Assembly: GCA_017623265.1 (NCBI GenBank)
Contig: JAGAPM010000108.1
Location: forward strand, 1 to 26,963
Length of the DNA stretch: 26,963 bases
Source: Lentisphaeria bacterium
Lineage (GTDB): Bacteria > Verrucomicrobiota > Lentisphaeria > Victivallales > UBA1829
Reading direction: 5' to 3'
How positions within the stretch are numbered: position 1 is the first letter of the stretch; every line of letters begins with the position of its first letter. Positions 6,939 to 14,944 of this stretch are shown here, piece after piece. The position numbers and the translations under genes are program-made. The notes beneath the pieces were generated by a model, which was given only the letters and a program-made list of their open reading frames with translations, searched no databases and had not been told where the DNA came from.

Positions 6939-8501
6939 ATGAAACACGAACAGGAAATACCCGCAAAGATCGTGGAATTTCAGTCCGATGCTCTGGAACT
7001 GAAAGACCAGAAACTGCCGTTCATCATCCGCTGCTGTGTGTGGATCCCCTTCATTGTCCTCGCCTGCGCCATCGGATGGGCATGCTGGGCGGAAGTGGAT
7101 GTGGTGATCCAGGCAAACGGCAGACTTGTCACCGATAAACAGACGATCGTGATGAAACCGCTGGAACGCTCCGTGATCAAAAGCGTCCATGTAAAGATCG
7201 GCGATGTTGTCAAGAAGGATGAGATCCTCTTTACATTTGATCCGACTTTCAATCAGGCGGAAGCCGAACGGCTGAAAAATGAACAGATCATGCTCGGTGC
7301 GGAACTTGCCCGTCTGGACGCAGAAGCGGAAGGAAGGGAATATACAGCAAACGGCAATCAGCATGAACGGGAACAGCTGGCGATCTTCCAGCAGAACAAG
7401 CGCTTTTATGAAGCAAAAATGACCTATTACCGGAACGAGATCGATATGCTGACCGCCGAACTGGCACGTCTGGATGCGGAAGCACAGGACGGCGACTACA
7501 AGGATCAGAAGACCCGGCACGAACAGGAACAGTGGGCGATCTTCCGGCAGAATAAAAACTTCTACCTCGCCAAAATCGACTATTTCTCCGAAGCCAACAA
7601 GCGGATCGACGCCACGGTCAAGAGCCGTGAAGAAACGCTGAACAAACAGCAGGAACGGCTTGCCCAGTTCCAGAAACTGGAAAAAGAACAGTCCCGCCTG
7701 TTTGAATCCACCAGCACGGCACTGCGTGATCTGATCGAGATCACTGTTTCCCGAATGGAGATCGAAGCAAATATCGACATTCTGAAGAACGAACTGTTGG
7801 AACTGCCCCACCGGACCGCATCCCTCAAGGCGGAAGAGGAAGCCTTCATTCAGGAATGGCGGAAGGACATCTCGGAAAAACGGGTGGAAGTCCGCCGGAA
7901 ATTGACCACCATGGAAAACGAGGAAAAAGCGTTCGTTCAGGAATGGATGAAAGGGATCTCGGAAAAACGGGTGGATGTCCGCAGACGCCTGACCGCCGTG
8001 CTGAAAGACTTTGATAAAGTCAAACAGCTGTTGGAATATGTGGAACTGCGTTCGCCCTGCGATGCCGTAGTCCATGAGATCGCCACATTCTCTCCCGGAT
8101 CAGCAGTGCAGGAGGCAGAAGCACTCATCACGCTGGTCCCGCTGGATGGCGAAACGGAAATCGAGTGCGAGATCCGCCCGCAGGACATCGGCAAGGTTCA
8201 GGTCGGTTCCAATGCCCGAATCAAAATCTCCGCATACCCGTTCCAGAAACACGGAACGCTGTCCGGTCAGGTGCGTATGATTTCCGAAAATACTCATCAG
8301 AAGACGGAAGGTCCCATGACGACCACTTATTACCGCGGCAGAATGGGCGTAACCGGCGAACTGAAAAATATTCCGGAAGACTTCCGTCTCATCCCCGGCA
8401 TGGAGGTACAGTGTGAGATCAAATGCGACAAACGGCGTGTGATCGAATATGTACTCTATCCGTTGATCAAGGGGCTGGATGAAGCCATCCGCGAACCGTA
8501 A
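6939..8501 (+). CDS. HlyD-family type I secretion membrane fusion protein, 520 aa, with internally duplicated helical hairpin
   Basis: IVEFQSDALEL N-terminus, single TM segment, lipoyl halves (GDVVKKDEILF; LRSPCDAVV), IRPQDIGKVQVG, AYPFQKHGTLSG, PGM and EYVLYPL C-terminal motifs; SD GAGGAG upstream. Confidence 0.93.
   Translation: MKHEQEIPAKIVEFQSDALELKDQKLPFIIRCCVWIPFIVLACAIGWACWAEVDVVIQANGRLVTDKQTIVMKPLERSVIKSVHVKIGDVVKKDEILFTFDPTFNQAEAERLKNEQIMLGAELARLDAEAEGREYTANGNQHEREQLAIFQQNKRFYEAKMTYYRNEIDMLTAELARLDAEAQDGDYKDQKTRHEQEQWAIFRQNKNFYLAKIDYFSEANKRIDATVKSREETLNKQQERLAQFQKLEKEQSRLFESTSTALRDLIEITVSRMEIEANIDILKNELLELPHRTASLKAEEEAFIQEWRKDISEKRVEVRRKLTTMENEEKAFVQEWMKGISEKRVDVRRRLTAVLKDFDKVKQLLEYVELRSPCDAVVHEIATFSPGSAVQEAEALITLVPLDGETEIECEIRPQDIGKVQVGSNARIKISAYPFQKHGTLSGQVRMISENTHQKTEGPMTTTYYRGRMGVTGELKNIPEDFRLIPGMEVQCEIKCDKRRVIEYVLYPLIKGLDEAIREP
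7299..7610 (+). repeat. Tandem in-frame 156-nt (52-aa) duplication in the ascending arm of the HlyD hairpin
   Basis: AELARLDAEA...HEREQLAIFQQNKRFYEAK (from 7299) versus AELARLDAEA...HEQEQWAIFRQNKNFYLAK (from 7455): 26/52 aa identical by hand alignment. Confidence 0.9.
7833..8006 (+). repeat. Tandem in-frame 87-nt (29-aa) duplication in the descending arm of the HlyD hairpin
   Basis: EEEAFIQEWRKDISEKRVEVRRKLT versus EEKAFVQEWMKGISEKRVDVRRRLT: 19/29 aa identical, with a shared 20-nt exact match ATCTCGGAAAAACGGGTGGA. Confidence 0.92.
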
Positions 8502-8518
8502 CTTCCTCAAGAACTGAC

Positions 8519-8570
8519 ACATTTGTGCGGCTCCGCCATTGCGCAAACTTGCCTGCCGCACAAATGTTTT
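8519..8570 (+). terminator. Terminator-like inverted repeat after hlyD
   Basis: Perfect 13-bp stem ACATTTGTGCGGC(8519-8531)/GCCGCACAAATGT(8555-8567), 23-nt loop containing the palindrome TTGCGCAA, then TTT. Confidence 0.6.
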
Positions 8571-8613
8571 ACAAGCACACAAAACGGATAAAAAACGTTA
8601 AGGAGAGCAGTCC

Positions 8614-9150
8614 ATGAGCAAACGTATTGAGATCCCTGCAGAAAAATTCCGTACCGATATTTGTAAACTTTGGAGCAAGGACTGGCTGCTGCTGACCGCA
8701 GGCGACCGGGATGACTTCAACGCCATGACAGTGGGCTGGGGATCCATCGGCACCATGTGGGGAAAGCCTTTTGCCATGATCGTGGTCCGTCCCCAGCGGC
8801 ATACCATCGGGTATCTGGAAAGAGGAACCGACTTCACGCTGACGGCGTTTCCGGAAACCTTCCGCAGTGCCTTACAGTTCTGCGGCTCCAAGTCCGGACG
8901 GGATGTTCCGTGCAAGGCGGTGGCGGCAGGTCTGACGCCCATTGTCTCTGCTCAAGTCGCATCCCCCGGATACGAAGAAGCGGAACTGATTATTGAGTGT
9001 AAAAAATCCTTCAAGAGCAGCATGAAGGCAGAGCAGTTCCTGAACCCGGACGACATCAAAAACTGGTATCCGGCGGAAGATTTCCACGAGATCTATTTCG
9101 GTGAGATCGTGCGGATCTCCGGTACGGAAAAATATCTTGCCAAAGATTAA
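8614..9150 (+). CDS. Flavin reductase-like (flavoredoxin/DIM6-NTAB, FMN-binding split barrel) protein, 178 aa
   Basis: WLLLTAG...NAMTVGWG...VRPQRHT, FCGSKSGRD and H..YFGEI motifs; SD AAGGAG. Confidence 0.85.
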   Translation: MSKRIEIPAEKFRTDICKLWSKDWLLLTAGDRDDFNAMTVGWGSIGTMWGKPFAMIVVRPQRHTIGYLERGTDFTLTAFPETFRSALQFCGSKSGRDVPCKAVAAGLTPIVSAQVASPGYEEAELIIECKKSFKSSMKAEQFLNPDDIKNWYPAEDFHEIYFGEIVRISGTEKYLAKD

Positions 9151-10475
9151 GCGCCGGTCACTTCCCGGACGATCTCTTTGAAACAGTTTCCCCGCTCCCT
9201 GTAGTTTTTGAACTCATCCATACTTGCGGTGGCGGGGGAAAGCAACACCACATCGCCGGATACGGCTTCAACGCACATTTTCCGGGCGGCGGAGCGGAAA
9301 TCGCCACAGTCCTCCATATCGCAGCAGCCCGCCAGAGCGGCGGCAACTTTCTGCCGACATTCTCCGGCGAGAAAGATTTTTTTCACACTGGTGAGATAGG
9401 GAATCAACTCCTTGAAATCCATATCTTTATCCAATCCGCCGAGCAGCAGAAGAATATTCTTTTTCCCGTCGTTGCTCCGGAACATTTCCAATGCGGCATT
9501 AACAGCGTGGGGATTGGTGGCTTTTGAGTCATCCACATAGCGGATCCCGTTCTTTTCCAGAAAACATTCGGCACGATGGTGATCCGGCGCAAAGTTTTTG
9601 AGGGCGTCCAGAACAGGCTGACACACGAACATCTGTTCGCCTTTTGCAGCGGCGAGGATCGCCAGTGCCGCCATCATATTTTCTGCATTGTGTTTTCCTT
9701 TGAGAGCAGCAGAATTGAAGTCAAAGACCGGTTTTCCCCGCCAGCAGATCCAGTCATCTTTCAAGGTCAGATCGGCAGTCTGATCGTATGCGGAAAAGGT
9801 GATCACAGGGACATCGGTTTTCAGGAACATTTTCCGTTCCTGTACCAGATTGGAGTTGAGGACCACTGCTTTCCGTGCGGAGTTTGCCAGAACAAACTTG
9901 ACTTTTGCGTATTCCTCCATGGAACCGTGGCGGTCCACATGATCGCTCGCCAGATTCAGCACGGCAGCGACTTCCACTGGAAAGGATTCCGCCCGCTCCA
10001 GCTGGAAAGAACTGATCTCCACAATGAGACGGTCAACCGAGCCGTTCCGGTGGGCAATAACGCCATCGCTCAACCCGGCGCCGATGTTTCCGGCACTTTC
10101 CGCCGCCTCGCCCGCCGCCTGAAAAATGACCGTGGTCAGTTCGGTGGTGGTAGTCTTACCGTTTGTACCGGTGATGCCGATCAGGGGGCAATCTGTATTT
10201 TCTGCGGCGAACTCCAGTTCCCCGATGACCCGGTCCGATGCAGCTTTGATCTGTCTGAGCAGAGGATTTCCGGCACGGATCCCGGGGCTGAGGACAGCCG
10301 TTTGGAAATGGTAGGGCAGCGGCTCGGCAGCGTTCCATGGAGCGAGAGCATCCGGCAAATCCGGTTGTTCTTTTTCATCCAGCACGAGATATGATTTTTT
10401 CAAAAAGGCAGCGAGGCGTGCAGCGGCTTTTCCGCTGACACCATATCCGGCGATCAGTATTTCATAATTGTTCAT
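9147..10475 (-). CDS. murD: UDP-N-acetylmuramoyl-L-alanine:D-glutamate ligase
   Basis: GYGVSG Rossmann motif, SPGI, GITGTNGKTTT, GNIG, EISSFQLE, DDSKATN, LLSPATASMDEFKNYRERG. Start set at ATG 10475 (AGGAG upstream) rather than 10526. Confidence 0.96.
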   Translation of the reverse strand: MNNYEILIAGYGVSGKAAARLAAFLKKSYLVLDEKEQPDLPDALAPWNAAEPLPYHFQTAVLSPGIRAGNPLLRQIKAASDRVIGELEFAAENTDCPLIGITGTNGKTTTTELTTVIFQAAGEAAESAGNIGAGLSDGVIAHRNGSVDRLIVEISSFQLERAESFPVEVAAVLNLASDHVDRHGSMEEYAKVKFVLANSARKAVVLNSNLVQERKMFLKTDVPVITFSAYDQTADLTLKDDWICWRGKPVFDFNSAALKGKHNAENMMAALAILAAAKGEQMFVCQPVLDALKNFAPDHHRAECFLEKNGIRYVDDSKATNPHAVNAALEMFRSNDGKKNILLLLGGLDKDMDFKELIPYLTSVKKIFLAGECRQKVAAALAGCCDMEDCGDFRSAARKMCVEAVSGDVVLLSPATASMDEFKNYRERGNCFKEIVREVTGA

Positions 10476-10498
10476 CTCAAGATTCTCCTGTTTCGGGT

Positions 10499-10556
10499 AA
10501 AATACATTGCTTTTTGCAAAAATCAAAGTTGAAGAAATAAAAAAATGTGGTATATT
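10499..10556. promoter_or_regulatory. Back-to-back divergent promoters for murD and ychF
   Basis: Plus strand: TTGAAG(10529-34)-N16-TATATT(10551-56). Minus strand: TTGATT(10526-21)-N16-TATTTT(10504-10499). The two -35 boxes are 2 bp apart. Confidence 0.5.
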
Positions 10557-10599
10557 TTACGATGTTATAATTTTACACCATTTCAAGGAGAAAGAAAAC

Positions 10600-11700
10600 A
10601 TGGGTTTTGCTTGTGGCTTTGTGGGACTTCCCAATGTGGGGAAATCGACTCTTTTCAATGCACTTTCACATGGCGGAGCTGCTGCTGCCAATTTCCCGTT
10701 CTGCACCATTGAACCGAATACGGGCGTCGTTCCGGTACCGGATAAGCGGCTGGATGAACTGGCAAAACTGGAAAATTCCGCCAAGATCGTTCCGGCAACG
10801 ATGAAGTTTATCGACATTGCCGGTCTGGTGGAAGGGGCAAGTCAGGGACAGGGTCTCGGGAACCAATTTCTGGGGCATATCCGGGGCGTGGATGCCGTGG
10901 CACATGTGGTGCGCTTGTTTGCGGATTCGGACGTGGTTCATGTTTCCGGCAGCATTGATCCCTCCCGAGACCTGGAACTGATCCTGACAGAGCTGATGCT
11001 GGCTGATTTGGATTTTCTGCAGAATAAGCTGGAAAAATCCCGCAAACTGTTCCGTTCCGGCGATCCGGAATTGAAACTGGAACTGGAGATCACTCAATCT
11101 TTCATCAAGGATCTGGAAGACGGCAGAATGCCCGCCTGGAATCGGGAAGATCCGAAAGTCTGCGCGGTGGTCGCCTCCATGCAGATGCTCACAACCATGC
11201 CCGCATTCGTCTGCGCCAATACGGACGAAACCGCCTTCCGGAACTTCGGCAAGGACGAAGTCTCGAAGAAACTGATCGAAACAGCAGCAAAGCACGGCAT
11301 GGAAGTGGTTCCTGTCTGCGCGAAACTGGAAGAAGAACTGGGACAGCTGGATCCGGAGGAAGCGGCGGTATTTCTGGAAGATATCGGGGTGACAGAAAGC
11401 GGTCTGGAACGGGTGATCCATACGGGATACCGTCTGCTGGATTACATTACATTCTTCACAGCCGGCCCCACCGAAGCCCATGCCTGGACGATCACCCGGG
11501 GCATGACGGCACCGGAAGCGGCGGGCAAGATCCACACGGATATGCTGCGCGGTTTCATCCGGATGGAAGTGGTGTCTTACGACGATATTATCAAGTACGG
11601 CGGCTGGAACGAAGCAAAACTTGCCGGCAAACTGCGTATCGAAGGGAAAGAATATATTGTCCAGGACGGCGACAACGTGTTCGTCCGCTTCTCCGTCTGA
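10600..11700 (+). CDS. ychF: Redox-regulated ATPase YchF (Obg-like)
   Basis: GLPNVGKSTLFN, FPFCTIEPN, DIAGLV.GAS.G.GLGNQFL, ITFFTAG, GKIHTD, GKEYIVQDGD. Start set at ATG 10600 (AAGGAG upstream). Confidence 0.97.
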   Translation: MGFACGFVGLPNVGKSTLFNALSHGGAAAANFPFCTIEPNTGVVPVPDKRLDELAKLENSAKIVPATMKFIDIAGLVEGASQGQGLGNQFLGHIRGVDAVAHVVRLFADSDVVHVSGSIDPSRDLELILTELMLADLDFLQNKLEKSRKLFRSGDPELKLELEITQSFIKDLEDGRMPAWNREDPKVCAVVASMQMLTTMPAFVCANTDETAFRNFGKDEVSKKLIETAAKHGMEVVPVCAKLEEELGQLDPEEAAVFLEDIGVTESGLERVIHTGYRLLDYITFFTAGPTEAHAWTITRGMTAPEAAGKIHTDMLRGFIRMEVVSYDDIIKYGGWNEAKLAGKLRIEGKEYIVQDGDNVFVRFSV

Positions 11701-13282
11701 TCCGGGCAAAGGAAGCGGCACATTTCTGACCAGTGCGCGGAATCTTTCGATCTCCGTGTTCGGCAGCCGTATTCTTGGATTTCTGCGTGATATTTTTCTG
11801 AGTGCGTTTCTGGGGGGCGGTGCGTTGATGTCCGCCTGGGTCCAGGCGTCCGGCTGGGCAAATATGTTCCGGCAGATCCTTGGTGAAGGGGCACTCGGTC
11901 AGGCATTGGTTCCGATCCTCTCCCAGACCTTACAGCAGGAGGGCGGGGAACGGACCCGGCAGAAGTTCAGCACGTTGTTCATCTATCTGACGCTGCTGCT
12001 GGCATTTCTGACAATTCTCATCGCCCTGCCTCTGTTTCTGCTGGCAGACTATTTTACGAACCCGATCTGGCGGATCGCAGCGCTGCTGACTCCAATCCTG
12101 ATGCCCTACTCCATCTTCATCTGCAGTGTGGGCGTTATGACATCCTGCCTGAACATGAAGCGGGTCTATTTTCTGCCTTCTCTGACGGCGATCCTGCAGA
12201 ATCTCATCATCATCGGGGCGCTGTTCTTTCTGTGTCCGCTGTTCAACACAGGCTGGGGAAAAGTAAAGATACTCTCCTTTTCCGTTCTGTTTGCCGGAGT
12301 GATCGAATTTCTTTTCATGCTCTGGCTGCTGAAACGGGAAAATCTGATGCTGACCTTCTCCGGGACGGTCTGGAAGGATCTTGCCACGTTGAAAGAGATC
12401 TTCACCGTGGCACTGCCGGGGATCGTTGCTGCCGGTGTACATGTGATCAGCGCCCAGACCGACCGGCTGATCTCCGGAAACATTCCGCATTTTGCCGGAG
12501 AGATCGGGGAATATGCCACCAGTGCGTTGTATTACAGTGACCGTCTTGTGCTGCTGCCGGTAGGCGTGTTCGCTTTTTCCTACGGCACCGTGGCGCTGAC
12601 AGAGATGTCTCACGCACACGCTGAAAATGACCTGACCAAGTTCCGGAATACACTGGGGATCAGTATGCGGAATCTGATGTTCCTATCGATTCCCATCACG
12701 GTCTTTTTCTTTGCCTTCGGACGGGAGATCCTGCAAGTGCTTTTCATGCGGGGAAGATTCGATGCAACAGCACTGGAACAGACACTTTTTGCCCTGCAGT
12801 TCTATGTATTCGGCATTCCGGCATTTGCGGCACTGAAACTGATGACAGCCGCCTTTACCTCCCGGAAAGACATGAAAACGCCATTCTACACGGGGCTGAT
12901 CGCCATTGCGGTCAATATTGTACTGAACCTGCTTCTGATGATCCCCATGCGTCAGGGGGGAATCGCCCTTGCCACGGTGATCTCTGTTTTTCTGAACAAT
13001 ATTCTGCTGCTGCTCCTGTTGGAAAAACGGACAAAGATCGGGATCCCGGTCCGCTATGGTACGATCTTTCTGTTGAAAATGGCGACGGCATCGGTGCTGC
13101 CGTTAGCGGTATCGATTCCTGTCTGCCGGTATCTGCAGGGAATGATCGCCCATCCGTTTACCGGGGCTCTTTCCGGATTGGCTGCGGCGGGCATATTTTA
13201 CGGGATCTTTCTGCTGTTGCTGGCGAAAGTGCTGAAACTTTCCGAGGCACAGGCTGTTCTGAAGAAATTATTGAAACATTAA
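11657..13282 (+). CDS. murJ: Lipid II flippase MurJ (MviN); start codon uncertain
   Basis: SRILGFLRD, EGALGQALVP, LYYSDRLVLLPVGVF, LFMRGRF, FTSRKDMKTP; about 14 hydrophobic segments. No in-frame ATG before TM1. TTG 11657 (AAGGGA 9 nt upstream) was chosen tentatively. Confidence 0.88.
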   Translation: MSRTATTCSSASPSDPGKGSGTFLTSARNLSISVFGSRILGFLRDIFLSAFLGGGALMSAWVQASGWANMFRQILGEGALGQALVPILSQTLQQEGGERTRQKFSTLFIYLTLLLAFLTILIALPLFLLADYFTNPIWRIAALLTPILMPYSIFICSVGVMTSCLNMKRVYFLPSLTAILQNLIIIGALFFLCPLFNTGWGKVKILSFSVLFAGVIEFLFMLWLLKRENLMLTFSGTVWKDLATLKEIFTVALPGIVAAGVHVISAQTDRLISGNIPHFAGEIGEYATSALYYSDRLVLLPVGVFAFSYGTVALTEMSHAHAENDLTKFRNTLGISMRNLMFLSIPITVFFFAFGREILQVLFMRGRFDATALEQTLFALQFYVFGIPAFAALKLMTAAFTSRKDMKTPFYTGLIAIAVNIVLNLLLMIPMRQGGIALATVISVFLNNILLLLLLEKRTKIGIPVRYGTIFLLKMATASVLPLAVSIPVCRYLQGMIAHPFTGALSGLAAAGIFYGIFLLLLAKVLKLSEAQAVLKKLLKH

Positions 13283-13311
13283 AAAAATATCAGGAAAGGA
13301 GTCAGGAATTT

Positions 13312-13824
13312 ATGGAATTCTATGATGTTCTCCGTACGCGCAGAAGTATGCGCGGCTATAAACCGGATCCGGTTCCGGAATCGGCGCTGGATGCGATCAA
13401 AGAAGCGATCCGGCTTGCACCGAGCGGGTGCAATCTTCAGCCGTTCCGGTTCATTTTCATCAAAAACGAAGAATTGCGGAAAAAGATTGCGGCATATTAT
13501 CCCTTCGGCTGGCTGGATCAGCCGCCGGTCCTTATTGCGGCAGTGGGCAATGCCGATATGGCATGGCACCGGCTGGATGGGGCTCACGAATCGATCATTG
13601 AACTGGATATCGGAATCGCCATGGAACATGTTCAGTTGGCGGCGACTGCAGAGGGACTCAATTCCTGCTGGATCGGTGCCTTCCCCCGGAAAGAAGTCAA
13701 CGAACTGCTGAAGGTGGAAGCGCCGTGGAGCGTGGTCGCCCTCACCGCCCTTGGTTACGGTGCAAAAAATCCGGCAGCCCGTCCCAATAAAACCGATAAC
13801 GAACTTTTTGAGGATATAGATTGA
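13312..13824 (+). CDS. Nitroreductase family protein, 170 aa
   Basis: RRSMRGY, LAPSGCNLQPFRF, DIGIAMEHVQLAATAEGLNSCWIG, ALGY; SD AAAGGAG. Confidence 0.93.
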   Translation: MEFYDVLRTRRSMRGYKPDPVPESALDAIKEAIRLAPSGCNLQPFRFIFIKNEELRKKIAAYYPFGWLDQPPVLIAAVGNADMAWHRLDGAHESIIELDIGIAMEHVQLAATAEGLNSCWIGAFPRKEVNELLKVEAPWSVVALTALGYGAKNPAARPNKTDNELFEDID

Positions 13825-13825
13825 T

Positions 13826-14932
13826 ATGTTGGACTGGACATTTGAAAAAACAGGAAATCATGTTTTCTATACAGCCGAAACGGCATCTGCGATCTTCCGC
13901 ATGGACCAGCCCGATTACGGCAGTTTCACGTATGAAACGGCATCCGGCTTGAAGGCACAATCCCTGTTTGCGCAGTTCAGCGATTTTTCGGAATCGCTGG
14001 CACTGCACAACAGAAGAAAGCCCCACGTATCCGAAAACGGCGAAGAGCTTTCTCTGGATACGGAAAATCCCATTCCTTTTGGAGCGGAACCCAAAGTCAT
14101 CCGTTCATTCCGCTGCAGTGAAGGCGGCCTTGCAGTCACCACGACTCTCTCCATGCGCCACTCGTTCAAATTGCAGAGTATCTTTGCCGGCGGTCTGGAA
14201 TTTTCCGGAAAGATCAGCAAATTTGCGATTTCAGCTGTCCCGGAACAGGCGGGTGCGATCAGCTGTGATCTTGCATGGCAGTCGATCAGCGGGACAGCAG
14301 AAGGAACGGTTCTTTTTGATTCAACGGTTCCGCCTTTACGTGTTATCACGGCGGCGGCAGACGGATCCACGCTGACTTTCGAACTTGGGGAAGATATCTG
14401 GCGCTGGGTCCATGCCAAACGGATCTCCGGGATCAGCCGTTACACCGTTACATGGAAAGAGGATAAACTGGTCTTTGCGTGGCAGCTTTACACATTTACA
14501 CCAGAAAATGAAGAAACGCTCATGCCGGACGGCAGAGACTGGCGGCTGCATTACCGTCTGCTTGCCGGAGCGGCAATACCGGAAATGTTCAAGGCGGCAG
14601 ACTGCAAAGCGGTATTTGATCTCAACAAAGTGAAAGTACAGAGTTCCGCCCTGCTCTCTGACGGTTCAAAAACGCTCTGTTTTTCTGCGGCGCCTACACT
14701 CAACGCATTCAAAAAATGGATGCGTCAGCAATTTGCAGATGCACAGGAAGGAGATATTTTCGGTCTGAAAACCTGCGGAGATCATCTCTGTCTGACCGCC
14801 GCACACATGGACCGGGCAAAACTCAAAGAACTGCCTCACTGGGATGCACCCGCCATTGCAGAGGCGGTCCGCTGGGCAAACCGCCAACTGGCAAAATACG
14901 GTGCCCGTCTGGTACTGATTCAGGAATCATAA
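13826..14932 (+). CDS. Hypothetical protein, 368 aa; apparent shortened paralogue of the GH-like gene at 23665-25626
   Basis: Clean ORF abutting both neighbours; beta-rich N-terminal part. Hand-alignable blocks with the GH-like protein (see findings). Confidence 0.75.
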   Translation: MLDWTFEKTGNHVFYTAETASAIFRMDQPDYGSFTYETASGLKAQSLFAQFSDFSESLALHNRRKPHVSENGEELSLDTENPIPFGAEPKVIRSFRCSEGGLAVTTTLSMRHSFKLQSIFAGGLEFSGKISKFAISAVPEQAGAISCDLAWQSISGTAEGTVLFDSTVPPLRVITAAADGSTLTFELGEDIWRWVHAKRISGISRYTVTWKEDKLVFAWQLYTFTPENEETLMPDGRDWRLHYRLLAGAAIPEMFKAADCKAVFDLNKVKVQSSALLSDGSKTLCFSAAPTLNAFKKWMRQQFADAQEGDIFGLKTCGDHLCLTAAHMDRAKLKELPHWDAPAIAEAVRWANRQLAKYGARLVLIQES

Positions 14933-14944
14933 GGAGACCGGAAC

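Noticed and set aside
3747-8075. Very long antisense ORFs (691 aa at 3747-5822, 744 aa at 5841-8075) and similar shadows opposite GT9, ychF, DUF2156, the esterase and the GH-like gene
   Set aside because: They lie exactly opposite well-supported genes, have no recognisable motifs or SD, and are expected when sense-strand codon usage avoids TTA/CTA/TCA.
4392-8501. Bacteriocin/RiPP (PCAT) exporter interpretation
   Set aside because: Both C39-like domains lack the catalytic Cys and His, and no double-glycine precursor ORF is nearby.
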